In this document: piece by piece, positions 29,921-41,236 of the stretch
Layout: each line of letters opens with the position of its first letter
How positions within the stretch are numbered: position 1 is the first letter of the stretch
Assembly (NCBI GenBank): GCA_030141605.1
Contig: JAQGDQ010000347.1
Coordinates: forward strand, 1 to 59,491
Direction: 5' to 3'
From: Tubiluchus corallicola
Taxonomy: Eukaryota > Animalia > Priapulida
DNA length: 59,491 bases
Position numbers and translations under genes: made by a program
The notes under the pieces: model-generated
What the model was told of the DNA's origin: nothing
What the model saw: only the letters and a program-made list of their open reading frames with translations
Database searches by the model: none

Positions 29921-31064
29921 TATCTATCACTTCCGGCAGATATGTGGGATTTACATAAATATCAATCGGCTCATACTTTAGTATAGACTCAATCTTCTCA
30001 ACAAGCATATCCATAAACTGCTGCTCATCTTCCACAACAACCTCATCCGGTAGCCAAAGGCGCATCCGCCTTCCCTTATGATCTGTCCATGTCATAGCAT
30101 CTGTAAAAATATAGTCGAACTTTGCTACCGCTTCAGGAGAGAAAAGTGTAACCCACTCACGCCCCTCACACTGCATAGCTTTGAAGACAGGCTCATCTCG
30201 AATACTATCTATATACTTATTAAGCGACTCATCTCTGGTTACAGGAAACTTCAACCCGCAGTTAACAGCTATTCCATAATTAAACCCATGACTCCTACCA
30301 TGCCGCCGGGCCTGCTCCGCAGTAAGACCTCCTTTCAGGTGCCCGTGATAATCAATTAAAGGAAACCCATCCTGGTTGAGAAGTGTCAACACCTGTTGCA
30401 CCTCATCCTCCTTTGCATCAAGAGCACCACAAGCCACAACATCATCTTCCAGCGGATAAACAAGTAACTCCCCCACAACTATCTCCCCCTCTCCTGTTAC
30501 TTTTTCAACAAACAACTTCCCTTGTGAAAGCAGCATCTTCGCAAACTTACTCCGCCTTACAGGTGTCTTAGGCTCAAAATACTCGCTTATAACTTTATCA
30601 TTAACAGACGCCTTTATATGATTTCCACGAACGGATATATTCAGCTTAAACCACTCATCTTCAAAAGCTGTACTTACATAATTATTCCTTATATTACAGA
30701 GGCTGCCGGTCTTCTGCCTGCACCCTGTACCATAATCACTGTTATTTATATACACTCTATACCCACTTGGTGAAACACCACCTTTATAGTGAAACCCTAT
30801 AACACCTGATGCCCCTCCAGAAGACTTAATCTTCGCTGAAACTTCAAAATTTTTCAACGTAAACCTGGATACTATTTTAGATGCTTTATCTCCAAACAAA
30901 AGACCTTCGTCTCCGGACTGCACCTCTGACAACTTCCAGTACTTGCGGGCATCACTCCCTCCAACAGATGTGGACTTCCCTGTCTCGGGACACGAAAAAC
31001 AACTAGTAAAAAACAATGCAAATAAACATGCTGAAACAGATTGCAGGTATAATCTTTTTATCAT
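29607..31064 (-). CDS. Secreted protein/lipoprotein: DUF1080 (lectin-like) domain plus PHP-like metallohydrolase domain
   Basis: KNFE, GYRVYIN, KTGSL, EWFKLNISVRGNHI (DUF1080-like); DYHGH, ALEINA, KFSFGTN (PHP-like). Confidence 0.7.
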   Translation of the reverse strand: MIKRLYLQSVSACLFALFFTSCFSCPETGKSTSVGGSDARKYWKLSEVQSGDEGLLFGDKASKIVSRFTLKNFEVSAKIKSSGGASGVIGFHYKGGVSPSGYRVYINNSDYGTGCRQKTGSLCNIRNNYVSTAFEDEWFKLNISVRGNHIKASVNDKVISEYFEPKTPVRRSKFAKMLLSQGKLFVEKVTGEGEIVVGELLVYPLEDDVVACGALDAKEDEVQQVLTLLNQDGFPLIDYHGHLKGGLTAEQARRHGRSHGFNYGIAVNCGLKFPVTRDESLNKYIDSIRDEPVFKAMQCEGREWVTLFSPEAVAKFDYIFTDAMTWTDHKGRRMRLWLPDEVVVEDEQQFMDMLVEKIESILKYEPIDIYVNPTYLPEVIDKDYDRLWTPERIDRVVKALKSNDVALEINARFRLPGIALAKKAKEAGVKFSFGTNNGSNDDLGRLEYCLEVIKEVGIEPDDIFTPRPKNDKKVMVMGIPSEVTG

Positions 31065-31583
31065 TCGAATGTAAGTTTAGTTCCTAAATCAGGCTTAAAG
31101 AGGTACTCTCTGCCTGTCTATTGCCAGACAGCAGTACATTTCTACATTAGGCCCCGAATAAATTAAGATGACAATTTACAAGAAATTACTCAATAATACT
31201 CCTCTGGGACCTATGCAAAGCGAAAAATCTTTGAGGCAGAATAAGATAAAACTTGATAAGAAATAGCAATTTACTGATTACAAATAAGGGGCTTGAAGAG
31301 GACAACCAATAAAACATCAATAAAAAGATAAGTTTTGCATAAGTCTCACTATATTTTCAATAAATTTGTAAAAAGAGTCGCCCTTCATTTGCACACTTTG
31401 CACATAAATATGTAAAACGAGGCACCTCTGCAAAGCAAAAAACCTTTGACTCGGATGGAGATAAGATTTAAATTTGCTGGTATAAATAAGAGTTTTGAAA
31501 AAAATAATCAATAAAATATAAGTCTTATAAAGAGCTCAGGACATACCTGCTCATTATACTTCCAACACCAAAATATACTTTAA

Positions 31584-32633
31584 ATGAAAAAACCTATAAT
31601 AACAGCACTTGCATCATATGGAATGTCCGGCCAGGTATTTCACGCCCCTTTTCTGGCTGTAGACAACAAATTCAAAATCGACAAAATACTTGAGAGAACA
31701 AAAAACCTATCAAAGGAGAGGTATCCGGACTCTAAAATAGTCAGGTCATATAATGACATATTAAATGATAAAAATGTTGAGCTGGTAATAGTAAACACAC
31801 CGGACCACCTGCACTTTGAAATGGCAAAACAGGCTCTTGATGCCGGAAAGCACGTAGTAATAGAAAAGCCTTTTACCCACACAACAAAGGAAGCTACAGA
31901 ATTGATAAACTTAGCAGAATCCAGAAGAGTACTGCTTACCGTTTATCAAAACAGAAGACTTGATGGCGATTTTATGACTGTGAAGAAAATTATTGAATCA
32001 GGAAAACTTGGACAACTGGTTGAATTCGAATCACACTATGACCGTTACCGCAACTTTATACAGGCCAACACATGGAAAGAGAAAGGCAATAAATATGCGG
32101 GTGTTCTCTTTAACCTTGGCTCACATATGGTTGATCAGGCGTTGGTGCTATTTGGGAAGCCCTCAGCGGTAACCTCACACCTTCAGGTCAACCGCCCCGG
32201 TAGCACCATAACGGATTATTATGACATACGCCTCCACTATGGTGATTTTAACGCACTTATAAAATGCTCATACCTTGTAAGAGAGGCTGGACCTAGATAC
32301 GCTTTGCATGGTACAAATGGCTCATTCATAAAGTGGGGTATTGACCCTCAGGAAGAGATGCTAAAGATCGGTCGCCTACCTAACGAAGAAGGCTGGGGAA
32401 AGGAAACTAAAGATAAGTGGGGTATCATAAACACCACAACTGACGACCTGCACATAGAAGGAGTGATAGAGACAGTGCCAGGCAACTATTCTGCATTTTA
32501 CGATAACCTTTACGATGCAATTAGAAGTAAAAAAGAGCTAATGGTAAAACCCGAGGAGGCAAGAGATGTAATATCTTTACTTGAAGCTTGTCTGCAAAGC
32601 AATGAAGAGGGGCGAACTGTAGAATTAAAATAA
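31584..32633 (+). CDS. Gfo/Idh/MocA-family oxidoreductase
   Basis: YGMSGQVFHAP, GKHVVIEKPF, YQNRR, LGSHMVDQAL. Confidence 0.9.
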   Translation: MKKPIITALASYGMSGQVFHAPFLAVDNKFKIDKILERTKNLSKERYPDSKIVRSYNDILNDKNVELVIVNTPDHLHFEMAKQALDAGKHVVIEKPFTHTTKEATELINLAESRRVLLTVYQNRRLDGDFMTVKKIIESGKLGQLVEFESHYDRYRNFIQANTWKEKGNKYAGVLFNLGSHMVDQALVLFGKPSAVTSHLQVNRPGSTITDYYDIRLHYGDFNALIKCSYLVREAGPRYALHGTNGSFIKWGIDPQEEMLKIGRLPNEEGWGKETKDKWGIINTTTDDLHIEGVIETVPGNYSAFYDNLYDAIRSKKELMVKPEEARDVISLLEACLQSNEEGRTVELK

Positions 32634-32725
32634 ATATTTCAAGCTAAATAAACAGGAGGGAAAATATAAACTAATAAAATTATTTAACCCTAAAACTTTC
32701 CTACTTTTGCCAGGTAAGAAAAAAC

Positions 32726-33592
32726 ATGATGAAACAATTTATTGTTAACTATGCCAACCTGGTTAAGCTTGGACATACTGTATTTGCACTACCTTTCGCA
32801 TTAATAGGTTTTTTCCTGGCTATCACCAGAACAGATAGTGTATTTACATGGGACACACTGTTAAAGGTCCTTTTATGTATGTTTTTTGCACGCAACTCAG
32901 CAATGGGATTCAACCGTTATCTGGATCGGAAAATTGATGCAGCTAACCCACGAACCTCAGGACGCGAAATCCCTGCCGGGCGAATAGCGCCAAGAAGCGC
33001 ACTATATTTTGTTCTTATAAACCTAGCACTATTCATCTTTGTAACGTGGTATATTAATCTTCTATGCTTCATGCTTTCTCCCGTAGCTCTTATTGTGATT
33101 CTTGGATACAGCTACACGAAAAGATTTACGCCTTTATGCCATTTTGTCCTTAGTGCAGGGCTGGCACTCGCTCCGGTTGGCGCATACCTCGCTGTCACAG
33201 GAGAATTTAACACTCTACCTTTACTTTTTTCACTCATCGTGCTTTTCTGGGTAAGTGGCTTTGATATTATTTACTCATGCATGGATATAAGCTTCGACAA
33301 ACAGAACGGGTTAAAAAGTGTTCCCACCCTTATTGGCGTAAGCAAATCACTCTCCCTGTCTGCCCTAATGCACTCATTAACTATTATTTTTACTCTAATC
33401 GCCGGATTTATTGTTGCATCTGGAGCACTATACTGGATTGGAGCACTGCTATTTGCTGTGCTGCTTTATTACCAGCACAGCACCATAAAAAAACAGAGCT
33501 TAAACAGTGTAGGACAAACCTTTGGAATAATTAACGGCACTGCAGGTTCTTTATTTGCTGCCTTTGTTATTGCCTCGCTATATATAAAATAG
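32726..33592 (+). CDS. UbiA-like polyprenyltransferase (MqnP-type)
   Basis: HTVFALPFA, ARNSAMGFNRYLDRKID--NPRT, YSYTKRFT, GFDIIY. Confidence 0.88.
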   Translation: MMKQFIVNYANLVKLGHTVFALPFALIGFFLAITRTDSVFTWDTLLKVLLCMFFARNSAMGFNRYLDRKIDAANPRTSGREIPAGRIAPRSALYFVLINLALFIFVTWYINLLCFMLSPVALIVILGYSYTKRFTPLCHFVLSAGLALAPVGAYLAVTGEFNTLPLLFSLIVLFWVSGFDIIYSCMDISFDKQNGLKSVPTLIGVSKSLSLSALMHSLTIIFTLIAGFIVASGALYWIGALLFAVLLYYQHSTIKKQSLNSVGQTFGIINGTAGSLFAAFVIASLYIK

Positions 33593-33604
33593 CGGCTACG
33601 CTTA

Positions 33605-35428
33605 TCAAAACTTATAATTAAACCCTATATTCATCACCTCCATAAGCTGCCACTTTGTTGTTGTATCTCCCGTCTCGTTCCCTTCACTATCAAGTATGGG
33701 AAACTTAACATTCTCATCAAAAATGATATTGACTGCAAGCCTGACATCAATATATTGGGTAGCCTGTATAACCAATAGCTGATCCCATATTACATTTAAG
33801 TTTTTATCTGACTTCACGTAGCCTCTAAATATTTCGGCTTTCGTCTCATACCTTATATTTTCACGAAACTGCCTCTTATAATTACACTTCATAATCATAC
33901 CCGGCTGCCGCAGTAGTGTTGTTCCGGGCTCCAAGCCATACCTAGTAGGATCAATATTGCTATTGCTTACATATGTTACTTTTGTAGTAATAGGAGATAT
34001 AAACAGAGAAAAATCCTTGTTCGGATTATAATCCAGCCCAATAGAAAATGTCAAATAGCCGGGAGACATAAATGCAGATATTGGTACTTCATCCTCAACA
34101 TTTTTGTAACCAAGCCCCCACTGAGTGCGAAAATTACTCTCCGCCGAATAATACCACTTTTTAAATGCAGAATAACCAAACCTTGACTGCACCTCCATTT
34201 TATCATCGCTTTTATTGAAGAAACCTCCGGAAAGATAGCCTCCATAGCGAACCTCAAAATCATTCTCCCACTTTACATTATCACTCAAATGATAAACCTT
34301 ATACTTACCTACCAGCAAGCAAGAGCCTGATGGCTCACCCCCTCGTGCCCAATTGGCCATCGCCACCTGGCTAATCCCGACAGAGACCTCCCCTCCCATA
34401 TCCCACGGATAAGCTTTCGGTGTCTCAAGCTTTATCTCCTTTAAAGACCTGTCAACCGTCCTCTCCTTAAGCCGTGCTCCTTTGAATTGAGTTTTTGAAA
34501 AACGCGCAAGTCGCACTCCATCGTCAATTATTATTTGAACATCTCCTTTTCCTGTATTCCTTAAAACAACGCCCAAAGAATCATTCTGCTCATTCTTCAA
34601 ATAAAAACGGACTGGTTTTTTATCCATGTTGGCCGTCCATACCTCAGAAGTATCTCCAGAAATATTACTGACTCTTAAAAGTACCGAATCAGCTTCAGCA
34701 TAGCGAGTAAGATAATCCAGTGCAAACCGCACAGAATCATTAATATTCTCTACAGCCTGATCGTTATAACTACAAAGCAGTTCAAAATTTTGCCACTCAA
34801 CAGCTGCTTCATATCGCTTTGCATCAACACCCACAATAGAGTCTATATAGCTTTCACGAAATTTCTGTGATACAGAATCCCGAAAAACTGCCTCTAGTGA
34901 ATCATTATACATTTTTAAGTGTGGATAAAAATCAAACACAGGCATTAGACCCGCTTTCAACTCAATATCGTCAAATAGTTCATCGGGAACAGGGATATGT
35001 ATCTTTTGGAGACTGTCAGTAACAACAGAAGCTCTCTCCTTAACCATTTTATCTAGCTCGTCAGGCATAATGTAACCCGAAACAGGCTCAAAGTCTTTTA
35101 TATCCTGTGGGTTACGATCAAAAATAAACACTACGCTATTGTCATCCAATAACCTGTTCATATCTATAGCAATAGTATCAATGGGTGCATTCTCTGCATG
35201 ATCCAGTATACCTTTTATTGGTTTTTGGTAGGCACTGTCAGTAACATACCACTCACCACCTGAATACAGGAGCCTTCCCACTACTCCCATACTCCACCTC
35301 AAAGTATCAAAGGTCTCCTTATAGTCTTTCTTCTCAACTCTACTTTGAGAATATCCTACTTGAGAAATACTTAGGGAAAAAAGTAGTAATCCACACCCCA
35401 GTAATATGCTTGAAATACTTTTTGACAT
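33605..35428 (-). CDS. DUF3078-domain outer-membrane protein
   Basis: C-terminal SQVAMANWARGG, KSDD, NFRTQ, FMSPGY, GFNYKF. Confidence 0.75.
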   Translation of the reverse strand: MSKSISSILLGCGLLLFSLSISQVGYSQSRVEKKDYKETFDTLRWSMGVVGRLLYSGGEWYVTDSAYQKPIKGILDHAENAPIDTIAIDMNRLLDDNSVVFIFDRNPQDIKDFEPVSGYIMPDELDKMVKERASVVTDSLQKIHIPVPDELFDDIELKAGLMPVFDFYPHLKMYNDSLEAVFRDSVSQKFRESYIDSIVGVDAKRYEAAVEWQNFELLCSYNDQAVENINDSVRFALDYLTRYAEADSVLLRVSNISGDTSEVWTANMDKKPVRFYLKNEQNDSLGVVLRNTGKGDVQIIIDDGVRLARFSKTQFKGARLKERTVDRSLKEIKLETPKAYPWDMGGEVSVGISQVAMANWARGGEPSGSCLLVGKYKVYHLSDNVKWENDFEVRYGGYLSGGFFNKSDDKMEVQSRFGYSAFKKWYYSAESNFRTQWGLGYKNVEDEVPISAFMSPGYLTFSIGLDYNPNKDFSLFISPITTKVTYVSNSNIDPTRYGLEPGTTLLRQPGMIMKCNYKRQFRENIRYETKAEIFRGYVKSDKNLNVIWDQLLVIQATQYIDVRLAVNIIFDENVKFPILDSEGNETGDTTTKWQLMEVMNIGFNYKF

Positions 35429-35597
35429 AAAATATGATCACATTAAAATACTTCTACAAAAGTAAAACTTTGAATGATATTCCACAATTTTATATTTGAG
35501 ATTGCAACAGTTATACTTTGCTGTTTAAAATCTTTTGATTTGATTACCCAAGAAAGTCTGCTAATTTTACACAAAAATTCCCATTTGAAAATAATCA

Positions 35598-36965
35598 ATG
35601 GCCAGAGAACTATTTTTAATGTATTTTATGCTTGCTGCTTGCAGAAGTAAAAAAGCTCATACAACCTGCAACTTTGATAAATACCCGTTAAGCAAGCTCT
35701 ATCTTAGGCGTCTTCTTGCCGGAGTAAGTATTTTTCTCATTAGTATGCAGGTTGCTCTCTCTCAGCACGAAAGTTCTGATAATATTTATATTGATTCTAT
35801 CGCAATTGAAAAAAACTGGTACACTCGAGATAAAATTATACTCAGAGAACTGGATTTTACAGCAAAAGAAACTGTTTCAAAACAACAGATGGAGACTGCT
35901 GTCGTAAGAATCTGGAATATCGGCAACTTTGTTGATGTCGGATATAACATTGACACTCTCGAAGACAAATCAGTTGTAATGAGAATATTAGCAAGGGATG
36001 CCTTTACCATCATGCCTATTGTAGGTTTTAGCGGCAGCAATGAAGATAACGTTAAAGAATTGGGAATTTATGATAGTAATTTTCTTGGGAGAAATATTAA
36101 CTTCAGAATTGAAAGTAAGTTTGGAACACTTAGAAATAATTATGATTTAAATTTCGCTTTACCCAGGCAAATGCTGTATGGTAATATGACCTTATCATTC
36201 ACAGCATCTGTAGGAAAGTTTCAAAACTATCGCTATTCAGAAGGTGAAAAAATATCAGGAGTTGGATACTCTGCAGACCTGCTTTCTTTGGATATTGGGA
36301 ACCCTTACCATGAGGACTTTTACTATACATTTTCCCCTGACATTGGATTATCACTATTTCAGCATAAAACGAACAGCTCCCTAATAACTGAAGGAGTTGC
36401 AACATGTGATGATTATAATGTGAGCTACCTGAGCATCTCTGTTAGTGAATCTATTGGCATAGTAAATAAGATGCGCCACCAACAATACGGAGCTTTGGCG
36501 AGTATGAGCCACACCTTTGGAATAGGGTTAAATAACGAGAGCCTTTTCTACTACTCGCTGGACTTTGAAGCGCAGTATCATAAACTTTTCAATAAAGTAG
36601 TACAATTTAGCTCATCTTTCAATAGCTCCTATACAACCAGCAATCTTCCTTCACTAATCTACTACAGGGGTGCATCCGATGTCCTTGGTATAAGGACTGG
36701 GGAAATTTCGGGAAAGGCTTTTTACTCAGCATATATAGGAGGGCACTTCACCTATCTCAATAAAAACTGGGGCGCAATAGAACATTCCGTATATGTAAAC
36801 TGGGGTAATGGAAACGACAACTACCTCAGCATTTATACAACAAAACCAATCGTTGGTGTTGGCACCGGGCTACAACTTATGATTCCTACAGTCCCTTGGA
36901 TGGTAGTACATGTAAACTTCAGTTATACAGGTAAAAACAGCAACTGGCTTCACATTCAAATATAG
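35598..36965 (+). CDS. POTRA-domain/BamA-TamA-like outer-membrane protein
   Basis: NWYTRDKIILREL POTRA motif, DSNFLGRN, VGTGLQ; true start may be downstream. Confidence 0.65.
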   Translation: MARELFLMYFMLAACRSKKAHTTCNFDKYPLSKLYLRRLLAGVSIFLISMQVALSQHESSDNIYIDSIAIEKNWYTRDKIILRELDFTAKETVSKQQMETAVVRIWNIGNFVDVGYNIDTLEDKSVVMRILARDAFTIMPIVGFSGSNEDNVKELGIYDSNFLGRNINFRIESKFGTLRNNYDLNFALPRQMLYGNMTLSFTASVGKFQNYRYSEGEKISGVGYSADLLSLDIGNPYHEDFYYTFSPDIGLSLFQHKTNSSLITEGVATCDDYNVSYLSISVSESIGIVNKMRHQQYGALASMSHTFGIGLNNESLFYYSLDFEAQYHKLFNKVVQFSSSFNSSYTTSNLPSLIYYRGASDVLGIRTGEISGKAFYSAYIGGHFTYLNKNWGAIEHSVYVNWGNGNDNYLSIYTTKPIVGVGTGLQLMIPTVPWMVVHVNFSYTGKNSNWLHIQI

Positions 36966-36979
36966 CTTGAACCGATAAC

Positions 36980-39172
36980 TTAAAGCCTGTACTCTATACA
37001 ACCTTTTACTTGTCGACCAGGCATATTATACCCATCTTTTTCTGCGTAGTTTTCGTCCAGTAAATTAGAGATAGCTAACTTTAATGCCCAGTTACTGTTA
37101 AAAGCGTATGCTATCGAATAGTCAAAAACTAAAGATACGGGATATCTCAAAATCATATCACTCTCAACATACCCTCCCCCTGTATAATAATCTCCAGGAG
37201 TGATGTCCGGACGAAAATAACTGAAATCATCCTCTCCCAGGCGGCGTCCAATATACCTACCATGCAGCCTGGTTGAAAACCCATTTTTGTTTTTGTAATA
37301 TATCCCAAAATTTCCACTGAGCTGCTGGACATGTCTCATATACTGAACAACGATACTATCTCTTTCTGTACTTGATCTCAGCGTCTGTACAACACTTGCA
37401 TTAACCATAAACGTCCAGTTTGAGTATAACTCCAATATAAATCTATTATCAAAAAAACAGCCCAAATTTACAACCGAAACCACTTCAATACCACTCATAT
37501 CCGACTCATCTGCATTAATATATGTCTTCTCTCCGGTACTTAGCCCTCTCTCTACAATTTTATCATAATGTTTTGTTTGAAACCAGGTTATATCAACACT
37601 CAGACCCTTTCCTGCAAGAGTGTATTTCGCTCCTATATCGTACGAGCGGGACCTCTCGGGCCTCAGGGCAGGATTGCCAACATATAATTGCTCCCAACCC
37701 CATTCCGGCATTGAAACCTTATACTCACCGGCAACTTTATAAGCGTCAGGAACAACAAATGCCGTTCCAAATGAAGAGTGTATCCTGAACCCTTCCAAAG
37801 GCCTATACTGTACCCCAACCCCAGGATTAAAGGTATTATAACTCTCACTGGCTCCCAGTGCACTCATCAAGTCGCTTTGCACTATATGGTAAGAAAAATG
37901 GTCATAGCGCACCCCTCCATTTATATCAAAACTGTTGTTTGAATAGGTGAGCTGCATAAAGCCTCCTACATTACTATTTTGGTTGTCGGGCACATATGGA
38001 GATTCAGGAGTGCCATCTGCCCCAAATCTCTCCGACTTATATCTGTCAATACCATAATCAACTCCAACAGCTACTTTCATGTCTGGGAGTTCAAAACTAT
38101 CCTGCAGCCTAAAGCCATACTTTGTTATACAGCTCTCAAAATTGATAAACCCAGCATCCGAATTATCTGAATAGTTCGGATCTTCTACCCTTGTATAATA
38201 AGGTGCGAGCATAAATAGATTACTACCACGCTTCCGCTCAATATGCCCATAAATATTCAGATTGTCAATATCCTTCTTTGTTTGCTCGTACCCTCCCCAA
38301 TAATTACCTGGGACACCTACATCTTCCGCAAAGGTATACATAACCTCTGTGCCAACTCTCCAATAACTGCTTACCTGCCAATCAAGCATCCCGTTTACAC
38401 TCTTTAGCTCAAAAGCTGAGTTCTGCATTATGTCACCATACGAATTTTTATCAAGCATAAGCACCTCCTGCGCAGACACTTCTAGTAGATTTCTTTTCCC
38501 AATGCGATAGTTCTTTCTCTGCTCTTGTTGTGAAAAACCCAGTGCAAACATAAGGTCCTTTGATAAACTTCCGCCAGCAGAGGCTTTAATCCCAAAACTA
38601 CCAAAACTCCCTCCTTCTAAAGAAAAACTTCCATGAGGCTCTCTTTTCCCCCGCTGAGTAATAATATTTATTACTCCACCCATGGCATCGGAACCGTACA
38701 AAACAGAATATGCCCCCTTCACAACCTCTACCCGCTCAACATTATCCATGCTAATAGATGCTATATTGGTTGTTCCGGCCGGACTGCCATTGATGAGAAT
38801 AAGAGTATATCCTCTGGTTAATGCTGCAGGAGAGAACCCCCTCATACCAACAGTTGCAATTAACCCGGGATACTGAAGAATATCAAGATTTGAAGATCGC
38901 TTTAACGCCTCAGCGAGGTTTTCAGAAGGAATACTTTCTATAAGCTGAGAAGTAATAACCTCCACCTTTTGCGGAATACTTCTCAACTTACTATTAATGC
39001 GGGTTGCTTCTACAACCACTTCCTCTATATCATAATTTTTAAGTGTATCGCTTCCTGTGGTGGCGGCTACATCAAAAACAGCATGTAATAGTAAAAACAA
39101 CCAAGCACACCTATGCACTTTATATAAAATGCTTCTCTTAATTTTAATTGTTAAAATATGAGACCTTTGCAA
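36980..39172 (-). CDS. TonB-dependent receptor, probably cobalamin (BtuB-like); true start likely nearer 39119
   Basis: EEVVVEATR, ILING, VERVEVVKG..SVLYGSDAMGGVINIIT, GNPALRPE, NLLDENY; downstream of riboswitch-led ABC genes. Confidence 0.85.
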   Translation of the reverse strand: MQRSHILTIKIKRSILYKVHRCAWLFLLLHAVFDVAATTGSDTLKNYDIEEVVVEATRINSKLRSIPQKVEVITSQLIESIPSENLAEALKRSSNLDILQYPGLIATVGMRGFSPAALTRGYTLILINGSPAGTTNIASISMDNVERVEVVKGAYSVLYGSDAMGGVINIITQRGKREPHGSFSLEGGSFGSFGIKASAGGSLSKDLMFALGFSQQEQRKNYRIGKRNLLEVSAQEVLMLDKNSYGDIMQNSAFELKSVNGMLDWQVSSYWRVGTEVMYTFAEDVGVPGNYWGGYEQTKKDIDNLNIYGHIERKRGSNLFMLAPYYTRVEDPNYSDNSDAGFINFESCITKYGFRLQDSFELPDMKVAVGVDYGIDRYKSERFGADGTPESPYVPDNQNSNVGGFMQLTYSNNSFDINGGVRYDHFSYHIVQSDLMSALGASESYNTFNPGVGVQYRPLEGFRIHSSFGTAFVVPDAYKVAGEYKVSMPEWGWEQLYVGNPALRPERSRSYDIGAKYTLAGKGLSVDITWFQTKHYDKIVERGLSTGEKTYINADESDMSGIEVVSVVNLGCFFDNRFILELYSNWTFMVNASVVQTLRSSTERDSIVVQYMRHVQQLSGNFGIYYKNKNGFSTRLHGRYIGRRLGEDDFSYFRPDITPGDYYTGGGYVESDMILRYPVSLVFDYSIAYAFNSNWALKLAISNLLDENYAEKDGYNMPGRQVKGCIEYRL

Positions 39173-39284
39173 AACTCATCTTTTTATTAATATTTTCTTC
39201 AAAATCCTCATTCACACCGGCAAACTATGGCTTCTCATCGAACATCTCCTTAACCTGCACCAAAATATTTTGTCCCGCAAAAAA
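39165..39284. repeat. Dispersed ~120-bp degenerate intergenic repeat, copy 1
   Basis: Collinear similarity to 55116-55236, starting with 16 identical bases ctttgcaaaactcatc. Confidence 0.7.
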
Positions 39285-39359
39285 TCTCAAAACCTGATCA
39301 TCGGTGCCTAAAAAGCTGCTCTATGTAGTAACTGCCAGTTATAAATCTCATCACCATAG

Positions 39360-40175
39360 TTATATTGACAGTGTATCCGTCGGCTTACACACCCTACCTG
39401 AAATGGGAAAAACAACAGGCTTACCCGACAACGGGTTTTGCTGTGTTATAACAACTGTCTTATACACATCCTCAATGTTCTTATAGGTCAACACCTCATC
39501 AGGAGCTCCGTGAGAGTGTACACAACCATCATTCATCATTACAAGATAACTACAGTACTCTCCTGCCATATTCAGATCATGTATAATCATCAATACTGTA
39601 AGTTCCAATTCTGTATTAAGCCTGTGAATAAGATCCAGAATCATTGTCTGGTGCGATATATCAAGATGAGATGTTGGCTCATCAAGTAGCAGCAGACTAG
39701 GCTCCTGCGCTAGAGCCTTTGCTATTCCTGCCAACTGCTGCTCCCCTCCGCTCAACTCTGACATATACTTATCCCTTAACTGGTAAACACCTGTCAACTT
39801 CATATACTTATAAGCAATATCAAAATCACTGTCTCTTTCTAAAAACTGAAACCTCCGGGAGTAAGATATCCTTCCCATTAAAACATAGTCCGTAACTGTA
39901 ATAGCTGCAGGCTCAATAAACTGAGAAACGACAGCTATATTTCTGGCTCTTTCTCTAAAAGACATAAGCCCCAAATCCTTACCATCAATACTTACCGAGC
40001 CTGATTTAGCCTTTAGCTCATTGGTCACTCCCTTAAAAAGAGTTGTCTTTCCAGAACCGTTGGGACCTATGATCCCAGTAAAGCTTCCCCTATTAATAGA
40101 CAAACAGACGTTACTAATATGAAACCCTTTCCCATACCCGCACGTAAAACTTTCAATATTTAAAAATCCTTTCAT
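39360..40175 (-). CDS. ABC transporter ATPase (BtuD/FecE type)
   Basis: GPNGSGKT, LSGGEQQ, LLLDEPTSHLD, HDLN. Confidence 0.92.
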   Translation of the reverse strand: MKGFLNIESFTCGYGKGFHISNVCLSINRGSFTGIIGPNGSGKTTLFKGVTNELKAKSGSVSIDGKDLGLMSFRERARNIAVVSQFIEPAAITVTDYVLMGRISYSRRFQFLERDSDFDIAYKYMKLTGVYQLRDKYMSELSGGEQQLAGIAKALAQEPSLLLLDEPTSHLDISHQTMILDLIHRLNTELELTVLMIIHDLNMAGEYCSYLVMMNDGCVHSHGAPDEVLTYKNIEDVYKTVVITQQNPLSGKPVVFPISGRVCKPTDTLSI

Positions 40176-41236
40176 CTCCTTCTGTTAATACTCATTTTGT
40201 GTCTGCATATCATTACAATAAAAGCTACACCCCCTACTATACCTGTTATCACACCTACAGGTAAAACATTGGGTGCCACAATAGTATGAGCTACTGTATT
40301 GCATAATACAAGAAAACTTCCCCCAATAATAAACGACCCCGGCAGCAATATTCGGTGGTCGTTACCAACAAGCTGCCTTACCAGGTGAGGAATAACCAAC
40401 CCTACAAAGCCTATAACACCTGTTACCGAAACACACACCCCTGTAAGCAATGATGCAACTATAAAGAGAACACGTATCGATCTCTCTGTATCTATACCCA
40501 GATGCCGGGCTTCATTCTCACTAAGCCTCAATGCATTTAATGGTTTCACAAACATATATGAAAAGGCCAGCCCCAACAGTGATATAACAACCACACTATT
40601 TACAAGTAGCGGATTGGGCTCATCCAATGACCCCATTATCCAAAAAATTATACTGTAAAGGCTTTCAGATGTGGTAATGGACATTAAAAGCATCATCATA
40701 GCAGAAGACATAAAACTTATCATCACACCAATCAGCAGCATATTGTGGGCATTTATCCCACCCTTTTTAGTGCTTAGAACGTACACTAAAAAAATAGCTA
40801 ATACAGAGCCGGCAAAGCCTGCTGCCGGCAACATATAAACACTTATTATGTGATGTAACCCTAAAACAATGATTAATGTAACACCCAGGCCGGCACCTCC
40901 TGAAATACCAAGTGTATATGGCTCCACCAATGGATTTCGGTACACTCCCTGCAAAATTACTCCCGCAATGCTCAACCCTCCACCAACTGCCATCCCCAAA
41001 CAGATGCGTGGAAGCCTAAGCTTTGTTAAAATAGTGTACTCCATACTTCCCTCCCCATGTATAAGTATTTTCGGAATACTGAAAAATGGAATATTTAACT
41101 CTCCCGTTGATGCCGAATGTACAAACACAACAAATGACACAATACAAAATGCAATAAGCCACCCACCCCAAACAATAAGCCGTTTTCTCCCCATACGTTT
41201 TTTCATTGAAATATGTTTATTATTTAAGAGCCGCAC
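40172..41236 (-). CDS. FecCD/BtuC-family ABC permease
   Basis: LRLPR, RNPLVEPYTLGISGGA, IGFVGLVIPH, LPVGVIT. Confidence 0.92.
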   Translation of the reverse strand: MRLLNNKHISMKKRMGRKRLIVWGGWLIAFCIVSFVVFVHSASTGELNIPFFSIPKILIHGEGSMEYTILTKLRLPRICLGMAVGGGLSIAGVILQGVYRNPLVEPYTLGISGGAGLGVTLIIVLGLHHIISVYMLPAAGFAGSVLAIFLVYVLSTKKGGINAHNMLLIGVMISFMSSAMMMLLMSITTSESLYSIIFWIMGSLDEPNPLLVNSVVVISLLGLAFSYMFVKPLNALRLSENEARHLGIDTERSIRVLFIVASLLTGVCVSVTGVIGFVGLVIPHLVRQLVGNDHRILLPGSFIIGGSFLVLCNTVAHTIVAPNVLPVGVITGIVGGVAFIVMICRHKMSINRRR

